Positions 1-10,056 of a DNA stretch of 64,000 bases are shown here, one piece after another. Origin of the DNA: Candidatus Thalassarchaeum betae (GTDB lineage: Archaea > Thermoplasmatota > Poseidoniia > Poseidoniales > Thalassarchaeaceae); the NCBI GenBank assembly GCA_003193925.1, contig PSPG01000007.1, positions 1-64,000 of the forward strand. Reading direction: 5' to 3'. A program made the translations under genes and the position numbers. The notes below the pieces were generated by a model. It saw nothing but the letters and a program-made list of their open reading frames with translations, was not told the DNA's origin and ran no database searches. Every line of letters starts with the position of its first letter. Within the stretch, counting starts at the first letter, position 1.

Positions 1-15
1 ACTCCGTCGTTCGCT

Positions 16-91
16 AGTCCCTTAGTGTAGTGGTCCATCATACGAGACTCTGGATCTCGTGACCCTGGTTCGAATCCGGGAGGGACTACCA
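16..91 (+). tRNA. tRNA-Gln (anticodon CTG), CCA encoded
   Basis: Acceptor stem AGTCCCT/AGGGACT, anticodon arm CGAGA-CTCTGGA-TCTCG, T-arm CCTGG-TTCGAAT-CCGGG, 3' ACCA. Confidence 0.96.
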
Positions 92-99
92 TTAGCGCG

Positions 100-279
100 T
101 CACAGTGAGCGGTAGAGCAACTGAGAGACCCAGCTCACCATGATGATGACCATGAACCAGCCCAAGGCTGCCTTCGCCCATCCAGTCGGCTCCTTCTTAG
201 GCGGGAACGGGTCAATCCCGGCATCGATGGCCTCCGCTATGATCGCGAGTTCCTCCTCGATGGACTCGGGGGCCTTCAT
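100..279 (-). CDS. Small 59-aa single-pass membrane protein, absent from the ORF track
   Basis: Hand translation MKAPESIEEELAIIAEAIDAGIDPFPPKKEPTGWAKAALGWFMVIIMVSWVSQLLYRSL*; GAGGT SD-like motif overlapping the stop of the upstream AKR gene; fills the gap to the tRNA. Confidence 0.75.
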   Translation of the reverse strand: MKAPESIEEELAIIAEAIDAGIDPFPPKKEPTGWAKAALGWFMVIIMVSWVSQLLYRSL

Positions 280-286
280 GTCTACC

Positions 287-1135
287 TCACGGCTCCGAAG
301 TCGGGTCCCATCCAGAGATGTACGACTCCTCGAGCGCGGCGAAGGCCTGCTCGGTCCCTGTCAAGTCCACCTCGAGCGCGGCGAGGTTCTCCGAGATCCT
401 TACCGGGTTGCTGGACTTCGGTATGGTGATGGCGCCCGCGTCCAAGCACCACTTGATTGCAGCTTGGGCAGGTGTGCAGCCGAGCGAGGCGGCGATATCC
501 GTGATTCCCGCCTCGGAGATCTTGTGGGCGCGGGCCAGCGGTGAGTAGGCCATGGCCACCGCTCCGACGCCTTCTGTGGCCGCTCGGAGAGCGGGGCGCT
601 GGAGCCACGGGTTGACCTCGATCTGATTAACCGAGGGCATCACGCTGGCGTGGGACAGCATGGCGTCGAGATGGTGTGCGCCGTAGTTGCTCACCCCGAT
701 GGAACGGGTCCAACCATTGGACAGGCACTCCTCCATGCCGCGCCAGACCGGGGCCCTCGCATCGATGTCCCCGGGTGGCGCGTGAATCAAGTACAGGTCC
801 ACGTGGTCCAGACCGAGGTTCGCAAGGCTCTGCTGGCACCTCTGGACGGTCTCCTCGTGACTGTTAGCATGAGGTTGTCGTAACTTTGTTACGACAAAAA
901 TCTCATCTCGGGGAATTCCTGATTCCCTGACGGCCTCGCCGACCTCGTGCTCGTTGCCGTATGCCATCGCGGTGTCGATCAGCCTGTAACCCTGCTCGAG
1001 CGCGTACAGCACGGAGGCCTTGCACTCTCCGGGCTCGCCCATCAGGTAGACGCCGAGCCCGAACATCGGCATCTCAACCTGATGGAGCCTATCCCCGGTC
1101 TCGGTGCTGGTGTTCGCAATAGTGACCGAGCCCAT
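287..1135 (-). CDS. Aldo/keto reductase
   Basis: GLGVY, GYRLIDTAMAYGNE, EIFVVTK, DLYLIHAP, SIGVSNY, NQIEVNP, IPKSSNPVRI; start moved to ATG 1135 to avoid overlap with the divergent gene. Confidence 0.93.
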   Translation of the reverse strand: MGSVTIANTSTETGDRLHQVEMPMFGLGVYLMGEPGECKASVLYALEQGYRLIDTAMAYGNEHEVGEAVRESGIPRDEIFVVTKLRQPHANSHEETVQRCQQSLANLGLDHVDLYLIHAPPGDIDARAPVWRGMEECLSNGWTRSIGVSNYGAHHLDAMLSHASVMPSVNQIEVNPWLQRPALRAATEGVGAVAMAYSPLARAHKISEAGITDIAASLGCTPAQAAIKWCLDAGAITIPKSSNPVRISENLAALEVDLTGTEQAFAALEESYISGWDPTSEP

Positions 1136-1209
1136 GGCCGGCGAAGGTTCGCTTCCGTATTCAATCGTTATTGTAGCGAGATTGAAGCGATGCACCCCGT
1201 CGAAGGCCC

Positions 1210-2754
1210 GTGGGCGAGTTGCCAGACGGCGTGGAGTTGCCTCGGTCGGAAGAAGGGGCACCTCGCCCGTCGGCTTCGGTGATGCTCAGCAGGGAGCGCT
1301 TGGGCGGCCATGAGATTCTCCTCGGGCACCGTGTGTCCGAGTTGCCGACGTTCCCCGACCTCTGGTCATTCCCGGGGGGCGGAATCAGCAGAGCCGACAG
1401 GCACGCCGCCCCAGCCCACCCCGAGTGGCTTTCGGAACGCGGCGGAGACCGCCTCGCCGCCTTCGCGCTGCTGAGAGAGATGGTCGAGGAGGTCGGCATC
1501 GCCCCTGATGGCAGCGGCGGCTTCATCGAGGTATCCGCGGACGTGAGGAAGCTAGTCTGCAACGATAAGTCAGGATGGCTCGAGGCAATGGAGTCGGGCA
1601 GGCTCTCAGTCGAGGGTTTCCACTGCGAGGTGATCACAGAGCGAATCACGCCTCCTCAGGCCCCGACCCGCTTCCATAACCTGTTCTTCCACGTGCCGAT
1701 AGGCAGCTCCGACGCCCAGCCCAGCTTCCCGCCTGGACGCAGCGAGTTCGACGAGTTCCGCTGGTGGCGGCCCTCAGACCTGCTTTCCTCTTGGGAGGGC
1801 AACGAGCTCCGCCTTCCCCCTCCCATAGTCACCCTCGCGCGCGACCTGGTCGAGGCCATCGGGCGCGAGGGTGATTTGCGGTCGGCTTGCGACTCGCTCG
1901 CAGCAGACCCGCCCTCGGGACGGCACAGGTTCGAGTTCGCGCCCGGGGTCGAGTGCGTCCTGATTCCGACAGCCACCCTGCCGCCTGCGACCCACACCAA
2001 CTGCTACGTGCTCGGGGAGAGGGGCGGTCAGAGAGTCGTCGTCGACGCGGCAGCGAAAACCGATGAGGCGATGGAGGAACTCGCCCTGAAGATCGATGAG
2101 ATTCGCTCCGACGGTAGTTCGATCATCGCCACCATATTCACCCACAGGCACCCTGACCACATCGGCGACTTGAACCGGATCTCAGAGCTCTACACAGCAC
2201 CCATCTGGGCCAGCGAGCAGACCCACGAAGTGATTCCGGAGTGCGATTCCGACAGGGTGCTGAGAGAAGGTGACTCATTCACTCTCGAGGGGGCTAGCGG
2301 CGAGGTGCGCTGGGAGGTGATCGAAAGCCCGGGCCACTGTCCCGGGCAGATCTGCCTGGTCGGTCATGCGGGTATCGTCTGCGGCGACAACTGCTCGGTC
2401 GTCGGAACCATCCTGGTCCCCTCGGGCGAGGGCGACATGGGGGCCTACATCTCCGGGCTCGAGAGGCTGCGGGCGCTGAAGCCGAAGATGCTCTTCCCAG
2501 GCCATGGGCCTCCGGTTGCTAACCCCGAGAAGCTGCTGACCCACTACATCGAGCACCGGAAGGCCCGACAACAGAGGGTTCTGGAGGCGGTCAGGGAAGG
2601 CAACTCGAACCTCGCCGACATAGCCAGTGCGGCCTACTCGGACACCCCTGATGCGCACCCCCTGCTGGCGCAGGACCAAGCGCTCTCTCACCTGAAGGAG
2701 CTGCAGAGGGCCGGTCAGGTCGAACACGATAGCGGAGGCTACTCAGCGCTCTGA
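1210..2754 (+). CDS. NUDIX hydrolase fused to a LACTB2-like metallo-beta-lactamase-fold hydrolase
   Basis: N-terminal FPGGG...LREMVEEVGI Nudix box; C-terminal THRHPDHIG, SPGHCPG, GD, PGHGP MBL motifs. Confidence 0.88.
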   Translation: MGELPDGVELPRSEEGAPRPSASVMLSRERLGGHEILLGHRVSELPTFPDLWSFPGGGISRADRHAAPAHPEWLSERGGDRLAAFALLREMVEEVGIAPDGSGGFIEVSADVRKLVCNDKSGWLEAMESGRLSVEGFHCEVITERITPPQAPTRFHNLFFHVPIGSSDAQPSFPPGRSEFDEFRWWRPSDLLSSWEGNELRLPPPIVTLARDLVEAIGREGDLRSACDSLAADPPSGRHRFEFAPGVECVLIPTATLPPATHTNCYVLGERGGQRVVVDAAAKTDEAMEELALKIDEIRSDGSSIIATIFTHRHPDHIGDLNRISELYTAPIWASEQTHEVIPECDSDRVLREGDSFTLEGASGEVRWEVIESPGHCPGQICLVGHAGIVCGDNCSVVGTILVPSGEGDMGAYISGLERLRALKPKMLFPGHGPPVANPEKLLTHYIEHRKARQQRVLEAVREGNSNLADIASAAYSDTPDAHPLLAQDQALSHLKELQRAGQVEHDSGGYSAL

Positions 2755-2814
2755 ATCCAGGTCAAGATTGAAAACACTGGTAGCACGTGTCTAGCACTGA
2801 CAGGTGGGCTTCCC

Positions 2815-3963
2815 TTGACTGAGGACGACCGGTGGTGGAAAGATGACGAGGATGCCGGTACCTCCAAGGAAGACGTCGAGAAGATGCTGAATGAGGCCGA
2901 GGCCAAGCGCCTCAAGCGCGAGGAGGAGCTCGCGCAGGCCGAGCACGAGGCCAAGATAGCCGAGCTGGAGAGGGCCGAGGCGGACGCAAGGAGCGGGGTG
3001 CCGGATGAGGAACCAGTCGCAGCTCCGGGTACGGCTCGGGGCGAGGCCCGATCACGTGAAGAAGCGTGGATGAGGGACGGGTTCGATTCGATTGAGGACT
3101 GGATGTTGTACGAGGCCACGAAAGACGGAGAGCTCACACCAGAAGAACAGCAGGATTTCATTGAACGAGCACACGGAGGTTTCCTCGGTATGTGGTGGCT
3201 GTCCCCTGGAGAGGGTCTTTTCGTCATCATTGTAGCTTTAGTTACCCTTGTTGCTGGTGTATCCGGAATAATTTCATATACCAACTTTGAGCCATGGGAA
3301 GAGACCACTGGGACCATCCTTGGAGATGGGGACGAAACCGGGACCGCTTGGTATTGGGATGGACCGTATGAAGTCGAATACTGCGATGATTACGGATGCA
3401 ACTATTGGGAGGAGTGGGAGTGCAGTGCAGACATCAATTACGGATACTCGGTAAACGGAGCCGACTACAACGCTTGGGAGTTAACGGATTGGGAGACCTT
3501 CGACTATCCGTGCATCGACGAGTACGTGAATGTGACTTACCCGATTGGGGCTGAACTCTCAGTATACTACAACCCCGATGGCCCTAGTGAATCTTCCCTG
3601 AGCGAGCCCACGCAATTCGCGGCGGCTCTTTTCTGCCTGCCTATCCTCATAATTATTCTGATCGTCGCCTTGGTCTACTCTCGCTACTCTAACACTCCGA
3701 GCAACTCGATGGGTTACACCGGCAATGGCTTCAGTGGCCAGCAGCAAACTGTGATCATCAACAACTCCGGATGGAGGCGCTGGTCCGGATGGGGGCGCTG
3801 GCGCGGGCATCATCATCCAAGGCATCATCATTCCAGTAGAAGAAGAATCGGTGGCGGTGGGTCGCGCGGTGGCGGCAGGTCCGGCGGTGGCGGTGGGTCG
3901 CGCGGTGGCGGCAGGTCCGGCGGTGGCGGTGGGTCGCGCGGTGGCGGCCGTCGTGGCAGATGA
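2815..3963 (+). CDS. Two-TM membrane protein with a DUF3592-like extracellular domain and an Arg/His/Gly-rich tail
   Basis: Two hydrophobic segments; WEETTGTI...INYGYSVNGADY...YPIGAELSVYYNPDGPSES resembles DUF3592; TTG start preceded by AGGTGG. Confidence 0.7.
   Translation: MTEDDRWWKDDEDAGTSKEDVEKMLNEAEAKRLKREEELAQAEHEAKIAELERAEADARSGVPDEEPVAAPGTARGEARSREEAWMRDGFDSIEDWMLYEATKDGELTPEEQQDFIERAHGGFLGMWWLSPGEGLFVIIVALVTLVAGVSGIISYTNFEPWEETTGTILGDGDETGTAWYWDGPYEVEYCDDYGCNYWEEWECSADINYGYSVNGADYNAWELTDWETFDYPCIDEYVNVTYPIGAELSVYYNPDGPSESSLSEPTQFAAALFCLPILIIILIVALVYSRYSNTPSNSMGYTGNGFSGQQQTVIINNSGWRRWSGWGRWRGHHHPRHHHSSRRRIGGGGSRGGGRSGGGGGSRGGGRSGGGGGSRGGGRRGR
3850..3948 (+). repeat. Perfect 36-bp tandem repeat (2.75 copies) encoding GGGSRGGGRSGG-type units
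   Basis: Unit ggtggcggtgggtcgcgcggtggcggcaggtccggc at 3850 and 3886, partial copy at 3922. Confidence 0.95.
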
Positions 3964-4008
3964 TCGCTCGACCGAAGGCTGAAATCCACTTCTCCTTAGG
4001 CTCGTTTA

Positions 4009-4872
4009 ATGGAAGAACTGTGGAGCGGCGCGCCCGAGCTTCCGCTGGCCAGCGCCGAGGAACTCTGGATCGAGGTCGCAAAAGGTGTCTCCGTACGAGT
4101 CCTCAGATGGACTCCGGATGAGTCGTCTGCAGCTTCTTTGAGCCCGGTTGTGGTCGTACCCGGCTGGGGCTCGGTCTTCGAGGGCTGGCGCCCGCTGCTG
4201 ACCGAATGGGCCACGCGCCGTCCGATTGTCTACATCGAGACGCGCGAGAAGAAGAGTGCTCGCATTACTAGGAAGGTGCGGCGAGAGGACTTCGAGATGC
4301 GTCATCACGGTCATGATGTCGCTGCTGTGCTAGCCGAGCTGGAGATAGATTCGGGGGAGGTCGACTGGTTCTCATCCTCTCTGGGCTCAACCCTGCTCAT
4401 CGATGCGTACCAGAGCGGTGTACTGGCTGGTCGCTCGTCGATACTGCTCGCACCGAACCCCGACTTCCCGTTCCCCCTGTGGGCCAGGGTACTGCTCAAC
4501 GTGCCGCTACCGAAGTTCATCCATCCAGCGCTTGTGCGATTCGCGGTCTGGATCGTCGAGAGGAGGACCAAGGAGGAGGGGCAGCGGATACGCTATCGGA
4601 GGACCCTGATGTCCCAAGACCTCGAGAGGCTGCTGCTGAGTTCGAGGGTGAACATCAGGTACAGCCTGCCTCAGGACCTCTCCGGAGCCACTGTGCCGTG
4701 CGCGGTGATGACCGCGACATCCGACACCCTGCACGACATGGACAAGGTCCTCGACATCGTCGAGAGGTTGCCGAACGCCGTCCTGATCGAGGTCCCTAGC
4801 AACCAGTACGCGCACGAGGCTGATGTGTTGGTTGAAATCGAAGAATTTCAGGCCTCGGTGAAGAATTGGTGA
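4009..4872 (+). CDS. Alpha/beta hydrolase fold protein
   Basis: VVVVPGWG oxyanion segment, nucleophile elbow variant SSSLG, late Asp and His (SDTLH, YAHE). Confidence 0.75.
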   Translation: MEELWSGAPELPLASAEELWIEVAKGVSVRVLRWTPDESSAASLSPVVVVPGWGSVFEGWRPLLTEWATRRPIVYIETREKKSARITRKVRREDFEMRHHGHDVAAVLAELEIDSGEVDWFSSSLGSTLLIDAYQSGVLAGRSSILLAPNPDFPFPLWARVLLNVPLPKFIHPALVRFAVWIVERRTKEEGQRIRYRRTLMSQDLERLLLSSRVNIRYSLPQDLSGATVPCAVMTATSDTLHDMDKVLDIVERLPNAVLIEVPSNQYAHEADVLVEIEEFQASVKNW

Positions 4873-4928
4873 GTTTTCGCGAAGCGATTGCCTGATGAAG
4901 GGCAGTTGAGCCGGCCGGGTTGAGCAGT

Positions 4929-7070
4929 ATGCGTGAGCAGTCCTCCTCGTTCGATGTCGCACGCGTCGTGCGTGAGCTTTCCGAGCTTATTGGTGCCCGT
5001 GCACGCAAGGCGTACCAACCGCACTACGAACAAGTGGTCTTGAGGCTGAATCGGAAGGGAAAGCCATCAACTGATTTGGTCATCGTAAGAGGGAGGAGGG
5101 TATACACCTCGAATCGAGACAGGCCGATGCCATCGAAACCGTCCCAGTTCGCCATGGTCCTGCGCAAACACCTCAACAACTCGAGATTTGTCGCTGTCAG
5201 ACAATATGGTTTCGATCGAGTCATCGAACTGACCTTCGAGCACGGAGGCGGGCAACTCAAACTCATCATCGAACTGTTCCGTGATGGAAATGTGCTGCTA
5301 CTCGATGATGAGGGAGTAATCATCCAACCACTGACGCATGCCAAGTACGCTAGTCGAACGCTCAAGAGAGGGGTCCCCTACTCTCCCCCTCCAGAGGCCG
5401 TGGACCCGCGCCAGATGGACCGTGCAGCCCTCGACGAACTGCTTGATGGCAGTGAGCACAATCTGATTCGTACCCTCGCCGCCCGCGCCAACTTCGGGCG
5501 TGTATACGGCAGCACAGTATGCTCCATCGCCGGGCTGGAAGAGAAGATGGATGCCAACTCTCTCGACTCCGAGCAGCGCGATGCGCTGGAGCAGGCCATC
5601 CAATCGATGTTGGATGAGCTCTCCGCAGGCGCCGGCGCGATGATGTGGATGGTCGACTCGGAGGCTATGGCGGCGTGGAACGAGGCCGACAACGAGGCCG
5701 ACAGGGACACCGCTTCAGCCGGGATCTCCGAAATCGCCCCAATCGACCTCTCGTACATGGATGCCGGGATGATGGTCGAGGTCGGCTCGCTCTCGCTGGC
5801 CTACGACGCTGTCTTCGGATCCTATGACGCTGCTGCATTCATCCGCCGTGAGGAGGAGCGTTTGGTCGATTCCGGTGAGGACGAGGGCGAGAGGCAGGCC
5901 AAGCTGGATCGCAGGGCGACACAGCAGAGGGCGGCCATCGACCGGTTCCACGAGCGTGCGGCCATCACGCAGGAGCTGGGCAAGTCCATCCAGGATAACT
6001 GGGAGCATGTCGAATCCATCCTGACTCAATTCAACGCCGCTGTCGAGTCCGAGAACTGGCAGAGCGTCGAAGACAAACTAGTGGATGTGCCGTGGATCGG
6101 CAGCGTCGACCCCGTCAAGGGCACCATCGTCGCCTTCCTCCCCGACGAGGACGGCGAGCCCGGTGCCAGCATCACGCTCGAAGTGGCGCACACCGTGCAC
6201 CAGAACGCACAGCGCTACTTCGAGGAGGCTCGCTCGCAGAAGAGCAAGTCCAAGGGTGCTCAAGCTGCTCTGGCTGGTACCGAAGAGGCTCGCGAGAAGG
6301 CTGAGAAGCGCGCCGCCAAGGACGCTGCCGCGGGAAGGCTGCGCGGTAGGCAGAGAAGCAAGCGCTTCTGGTTCGAGAAGCATCGCTGGGCCATGCTCTC
6401 GGGCGGGCATCTGCTCATAGGCGGAAGGGATGCGAAGGGCAACGACACCGTCGTCCGCAAGCACCTGACATCCAACGACCTGTACTTCCACGCCGACCTG
6501 CACGGCGCTCCCTCGTGCTCGCTCAAGCTCAAGGACGGACTGGCGCACAACCAGAACCCGTCCGAGGCCGTCCCCGAGGGCGTCGCCTCGCTTCAGATAG
6601 TTCAGAACCTCGGAGAGGGGCTGGAGGACGCTCGCGAACTACCAGAATCGATGCACTCAGAGGCTGCGCAAGTAGCGGTATGCTGGTCGAGGGCCTGGGG
6701 CGGCGGAGGGGCGGCGGCCACCGCTTTCCACGTTAGGCGGAGCCAAGTGTCGAAGACCACTGAGACCGGCGAGTCGCTCGCCCGGGGATCGTTCGTGGTA
6801 CGCGGGCAGAGGAACTGGCACCGCGAGCTGTCGCTGGAGCTCGCTATCGGGATGGCGGTCGTGAACGGTGTTCCAATACCCGTCTCAGGCACGCCTGTCA
6901 CGATCTCGGAGAACTTCGAGCGCTGGGCCAAGGTCTTGCCGGGGCGCGAGAAGAAGGAGAGTGTCGCCAATCGGATTTCGAAGGCGACGGGGCTCGCTCA
7001 GGACGACTTGCTATCCTGCCTGCCGCCCGGAAACTGCTCGGTCGAGGATCACGGCCTGATTCAGCCTTGA
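4929..7070 (+). CDS. rqcH: Ribosome quality control protein Rqc2/RqcH (NFACT family)
   Basis: SSFDV N-terminus, FAMVLRKHL, QYGFDRVIE, LIIELFRDGNVLL, NAQRYFE, WFEKHRW, GGRDAKGND, YFHADLHGAP, GSFVVRGQRNW. Confidence 0.93.
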   Translation: MREQSSSFDVARVVRELSELIGARARKAYQPHYEQVVLRLNRKGKPSTDLVIVRGRRVYTSNRDRPMPSKPSQFAMVLRKHLNNSRFVAVRQYGFDRVIELTFEHGGGQLKLIIELFRDGNVLLLDDEGVIIQPLTHAKYASRTLKRGVPYSPPPEAVDPRQMDRAALDELLDGSEHNLIRTLAARANFGRVYGSTVCSIAGLEEKMDANSLDSEQRDALEQAIQSMLDELSAGAGAMMWMVDSEAMAAWNEADNEADRDTASAGISEIAPIDLSYMDAGMMVEVGSLSLAYDAVFGSYDAAAFIRREEERLVDSGEDEGERQAKLDRRATQQRAAIDRFHERAAITQELGKSIQDNWEHVESILTQFNAAVESENWQSVEDKLVDVPWIGSVDPVKGTIVAFLPDEDGEPGASITLEVAHTVHQNAQRYFEEARSQKSKSKGAQAALAGTEEAREKAEKRAAKDAAAGRLRGRQRSKRFWFEKHRWAMLSGGHLLIGGRDAKGNDTVVRKHLTSNDLYFHADLHGAPSCSLKLKDGLAHNQNPSEAVPEGVASLQIVQNLGEGLEDARELPESMHSEAAQVAVCWSRAWGGGGAAATAFHVRRSQVSKTTETGESLARGSFVVRGQRNWHRELSLELAIGMAVVNGVPIPVSGTPVTISENFERWAKVLPGREKKESVANRISKATGLAQDDLLSCLPPGNCSVEDHGLIQP

Positions 7071-7693
7071 TTGCGCTGGCGCCACTCTGGCGCGGTTATC
7101 GCGTACAGTGCCGCATCGACATAGTGGTCGTACAGCCACTCCCTGTCCTTGGTGATCCCTTCGAGGCGCATGCCCAGACGCTCTGCCACCGCCCTGCTGG
7201 CGGTGTTGTCGGTCGCCGCCTCGAGCACGAAACGATGGAATTCAAGGTCGTCGAAGCAGTGGTCCATCAGCCTAGCGCAGCATCGCGTCACGATACCCTG
7301 TCCCGTGAACTTCTCGGAGAGCCAGAAACCTATCCCGCATGCTCGGTTGCCGCGGTCGATCCAATTCAGCCCCATCCCTCCGATGTAACGGCCAACGAGC
7401 CTGATTCCGTAACTGGCCCCGTCCCCTTTCTCGTACTCCCTCAGAGTCCCTCTCAGGAACGTCATCTCGTTTTCGGGGCTAGTGATGTCATCGAGCCAAG
7501 GCAGCCACTCCCGCAGGTACTCTCTGTTGCCCTCGATCTCGACGAACATCTCCTCTGCGTCATCCGGCATTGCCTGACGCAACTCCAAGCCCTCGTCGAC
7601 CATCAGGACGGGGGCTGGGAGAGATCTGTCGCCAGAAGGCAACCTAGGTCCTCCGCACCTCCCAGACATGGTATTTCGCATCGGTGCGGGCAT
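7061..7693 (-). CDS. GNAT acetyltransferase, RimJ/RimL family (start uncertain)
   Basis: NREYLREWLPW, IGFWLSEKFTGQGIVT, NTASRAVAERLGMRLEG. Confidence 0.9.
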   Translation of the reverse strand: MPAPMRNTMSGRCGGPRLPSGDRSLPAPVLMVDEGLELRQAMPDDAEEMFVEIEGNREYLREWLPWLDDITSPENEMTFLRGTLREYEKGDGASYGIRLVGRYIGGMGLNWIDRGNRACGIGFWLSEKFTGQGIVTRCCARLMDHCFDDLEFHRFVLEAATDNTASRAVAERLGMRLEGITKDREWLYDHYVDAALYAITAPEWRQRNQG

Positions 7694-7748
7694 TTAGGGG
7701 GTTCGCGTTTGGCGACAATGCTTCAAGCGTGGTCCATCAGGGGGGCGC

Positions 7749-8828
7749 ATGGGGAGCGGTGGCATCGGTAACTGGACCTATTCGGATTACCTGCAGTTGC
7801 ACGAGCTGCTGGGGCTGCAGGGCGAGGAGCGGGGCATCAATTCGGACGAGATGCACTTCATCATCGTCCACCAGACTTTCGAATTGTGGTTCAAGCAGGT
7901 GATTCGCGAGTTGTCCGAGGCTCGCGACATACTAGGTCGGGTCCCGGTGCCTGAGGACGAGATACCCCGAGCCGTCGACCACCTCGGTCGAACAACCGAG
8001 ATCTTTCGCCTCATGGCCAGTCAGTGGACGGTTCTCGAGACCCTCACGCCGCAGGGCTTCCTCACCTTCAGGGACGGGCTCGGCACGGCCTCGGGCTTCG
8101 AGTCCTTCCAGATGCGCGAGTTCGAGATACTGCTCGGCCTCGAGAACGAAGACCGGATCGGCGGGATGGACCCAATCTCGAGCTTCAGGCGCATGGCCGA
8201 GGGGGACGAGCGGGCGACTGCTAGGCTAGCCCGCCTCGAGGAGGCGATGTCGCGACCCTCTCTCTACGAGTCTCTGATGAACTGGGTCGAGCGCACCCCC
8301 ATCATGGGCTCCGCATACGGCAGCGGTGGCGATGGCGAGGTCGTTCGGGCCTACGTGGAGTCTCATCTGGAGTCTCACAGAGCCCTGAGCGAGGCAGCAT
8401 CCGAGAGGGCATCCGGATGGGGTGCTGGCGATCCGGGGAAGATGGCGGCGAGGATGGCTGCGGCCCACGATGGAGCCGTGTCGTTCCTGATGCCGAGCGG
8501 CGAGGTCAGCCGAGCTAGAGCTGGGCTGCTGTTCATCGAGTCCTATCGCGAGTTGCCGCTGCTGACATGGCCGCGCAAGCTGATTGACGCGATTGTCGAA
8601 TTGGAGGAGTCGATGGTCAAGTGGAGGCACGCTCACGCCCGCATGGTCGAGAGGATCATGGGCAGGCGCATCGGAACAGGCGGAACGAACGGGGTCGACT
8701 ATCTCGATTCGACTTCGAGGTATCGCATTTTCAAGGACCTCTGGGCGGTTCGGACCATCCTGATCAAGCCGCAGGAGCGCCCGCCGCTGCAGAACGCTGA
8801 GTTCTACGGCTACAGCGCCGATTCGTGA
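7749..8828 (+). CDS. kynA: Tryptophan 2,3-dioxygenase
   Basis: YSDYLQL, DEMHFIIVHQTFELWFK, ASGFESFQMREFE, WRHAHARMVERIMG..IGTGGT.GVDYL. Confidence 0.95.
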   Translation: MGSGGIGNWTYSDYLQLHELLGLQGEERGINSDEMHFIIVHQTFELWFKQVIRELSEARDILGRVPVPEDEIPRAVDHLGRTTEIFRLMASQWTVLETLTPQGFLTFRDGLGTASGFESFQMREFEILLGLENEDRIGGMDPISSFRRMAEGDERATARLARLEEAMSRPSLYESLMNWVERTPIMGSAYGSGGDGEVVRAYVESHLESHRALSEAASERASGWGAGDPGKMAARMAAAHDGAVSFLMPSGEVSRARAGLLFIESYRELPLLTWPRKLIDAIVELEESMVKWRHAHARMVERIMGRRIGTGGTNGVDYLDSTSRYRIFKDLWAVRTILIKPQERPPLQNAEFYGYSADS

Positions 8829-8885
8829 TTGCGAAGCGACGCTTCAATCGGACCTTTGAAGGGCGCCTCGCCTCTCGAGCAGGTC

Positions 8886-10046
8886 ATGCCGCAAGCGGTC
8901 ATATGCGCCTACGCGCGAACCCCCTTTGGCAAGCACCGCGGGGCGCTTTCCGGATACAGCGCGACCGAGCTCGGCGCGATGGCTGTGAAGGAACTCCTCG
9001 AGCGCGCTGGGATCGACCCGGCCAGCGGCGTCATCGACCAGGTCTACATGGGTCACGTCTTGCAGACAGGGTCCGGTCAGGCGCCGGCCCGACAGGCCGC
9101 GATGAACGCCGGCCTGCCCGTTACGACTCCATGCACCAGCGTCAACAAGGTCTGCGGCTCTAGCCTCAAGGCTGCCATGATCGCCGCGACCGAGATTCGC
9201 GCCGGCGTCTCGCGCATGGTAATCGCCGGCGGCATGGAATCTATGAGCAACGCACCTCACTTCGTCAGGCGGGCGCGGCGCGGTGAGGAGGTATCCTACG
9301 CGGCGCTGGAGTCCGTCCTAGTCCACGACGGCCTCAAGGACGCTTACACCGGCGAGGCGATGGGGAACGCAGGGGAGACCATCGCGGGCGAGCACAGCAT
9401 CAGCCGCGAGCAGTCAGACGCTTTCGCAATCCGCTCCCACGCCCTCGCCAACAAGGCCTGGGACGAGGGCTGGCTCGACAAGGAGTCGTTTCCCGTCGGC
9501 GGACTCGAGCGAGACGAGGGGATTCGCCCGGACTCTAGCATGGACTCACTCTCCGGCCTGCGTACAGTATTCAGTGACGGTGGGCAGATCACTGCTGGCA
9601 ATTCCAGCCAAGTCTCGGACGGCGCCTCGGCGGTGCTGGTCGCGTCCGAGGAGGCAGCCGAGGAGCACGGCCTGCCCGTGCTCGCCCGGATAATCGACTA
9701 CGCCACCTCTGGCGTCGAGTCGCACAGGGTCATGTCGGCTCCCATCCCGACGGTGCGCAACCTCCTCAAGAGGAACGGCATGAGCATGGACGACATCGAC
9801 ATCCTCGAGCACAACGAGGCCTTCGCCGCCGCATCGTGCGCCATCCAGATGGTACTAGGCGTGTCCGAGGACCGATTCAACCCCCACGGAGGGGCAGTTG
9901 CGATAGGGCATCCGCTCGGAGCCACCGGGACGCGTTGCCTGATGACCCTGGTCAACGCGCTCGAGAGAATCGGGGGGCACCGTGGAATAGTGACGATATG
10001 CCTCGGCGGGGGCAATGCCGTGGCTATGCTGGTAGAGAGAGATTGA
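8886..10046 (+). CDS. Acetyl-CoA C-acyltransferase (thiolase)
   Basis: [64 protein letters not shown]. Confidence 0.96.
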   Translation: MPQAVICAYARTPFGKHRGALSGYSATELGAMAVKELLERAGIDPASGVIDQVYMGHVLQTGSGQAPARQAAMNAGLPVTTPCTSVNKVCGSSLKAAMIAATEIRAGVSRMVIAGGMESMSNAPHFVRRARRGEEVSYAALESVLVHDGLKDAYTGEAMGNAGETIAGEHSISREQSDAFAIRSHALANKAWDEGWLDKESFPVGGLERDEGIRPDSSMDSLSGLRTVFSDGGQITAGNSSQVSDGASAVLVASEEAAEEHGLPVLARIIDYATSGVESHRVMSAPIPTVRNLLKRNGMSMDDIDILEHNEAFAAASCAIQMVLGVSEDRFNPHGGAVAIGHPLGATGTRCLMTLVNALERIGGHRGIVTICLGGGNAVAMLVERD

Positions 10047-10056
10047 GTCGGAAACA

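Noticed and set aside
16-91. tRNA-Gln (and tRNA-iMet at 27323-27400) as an integration site
   Set aside because: No integrase and no duplicated tRNA 3' end noticed in the window; flanking genes look chromosomal
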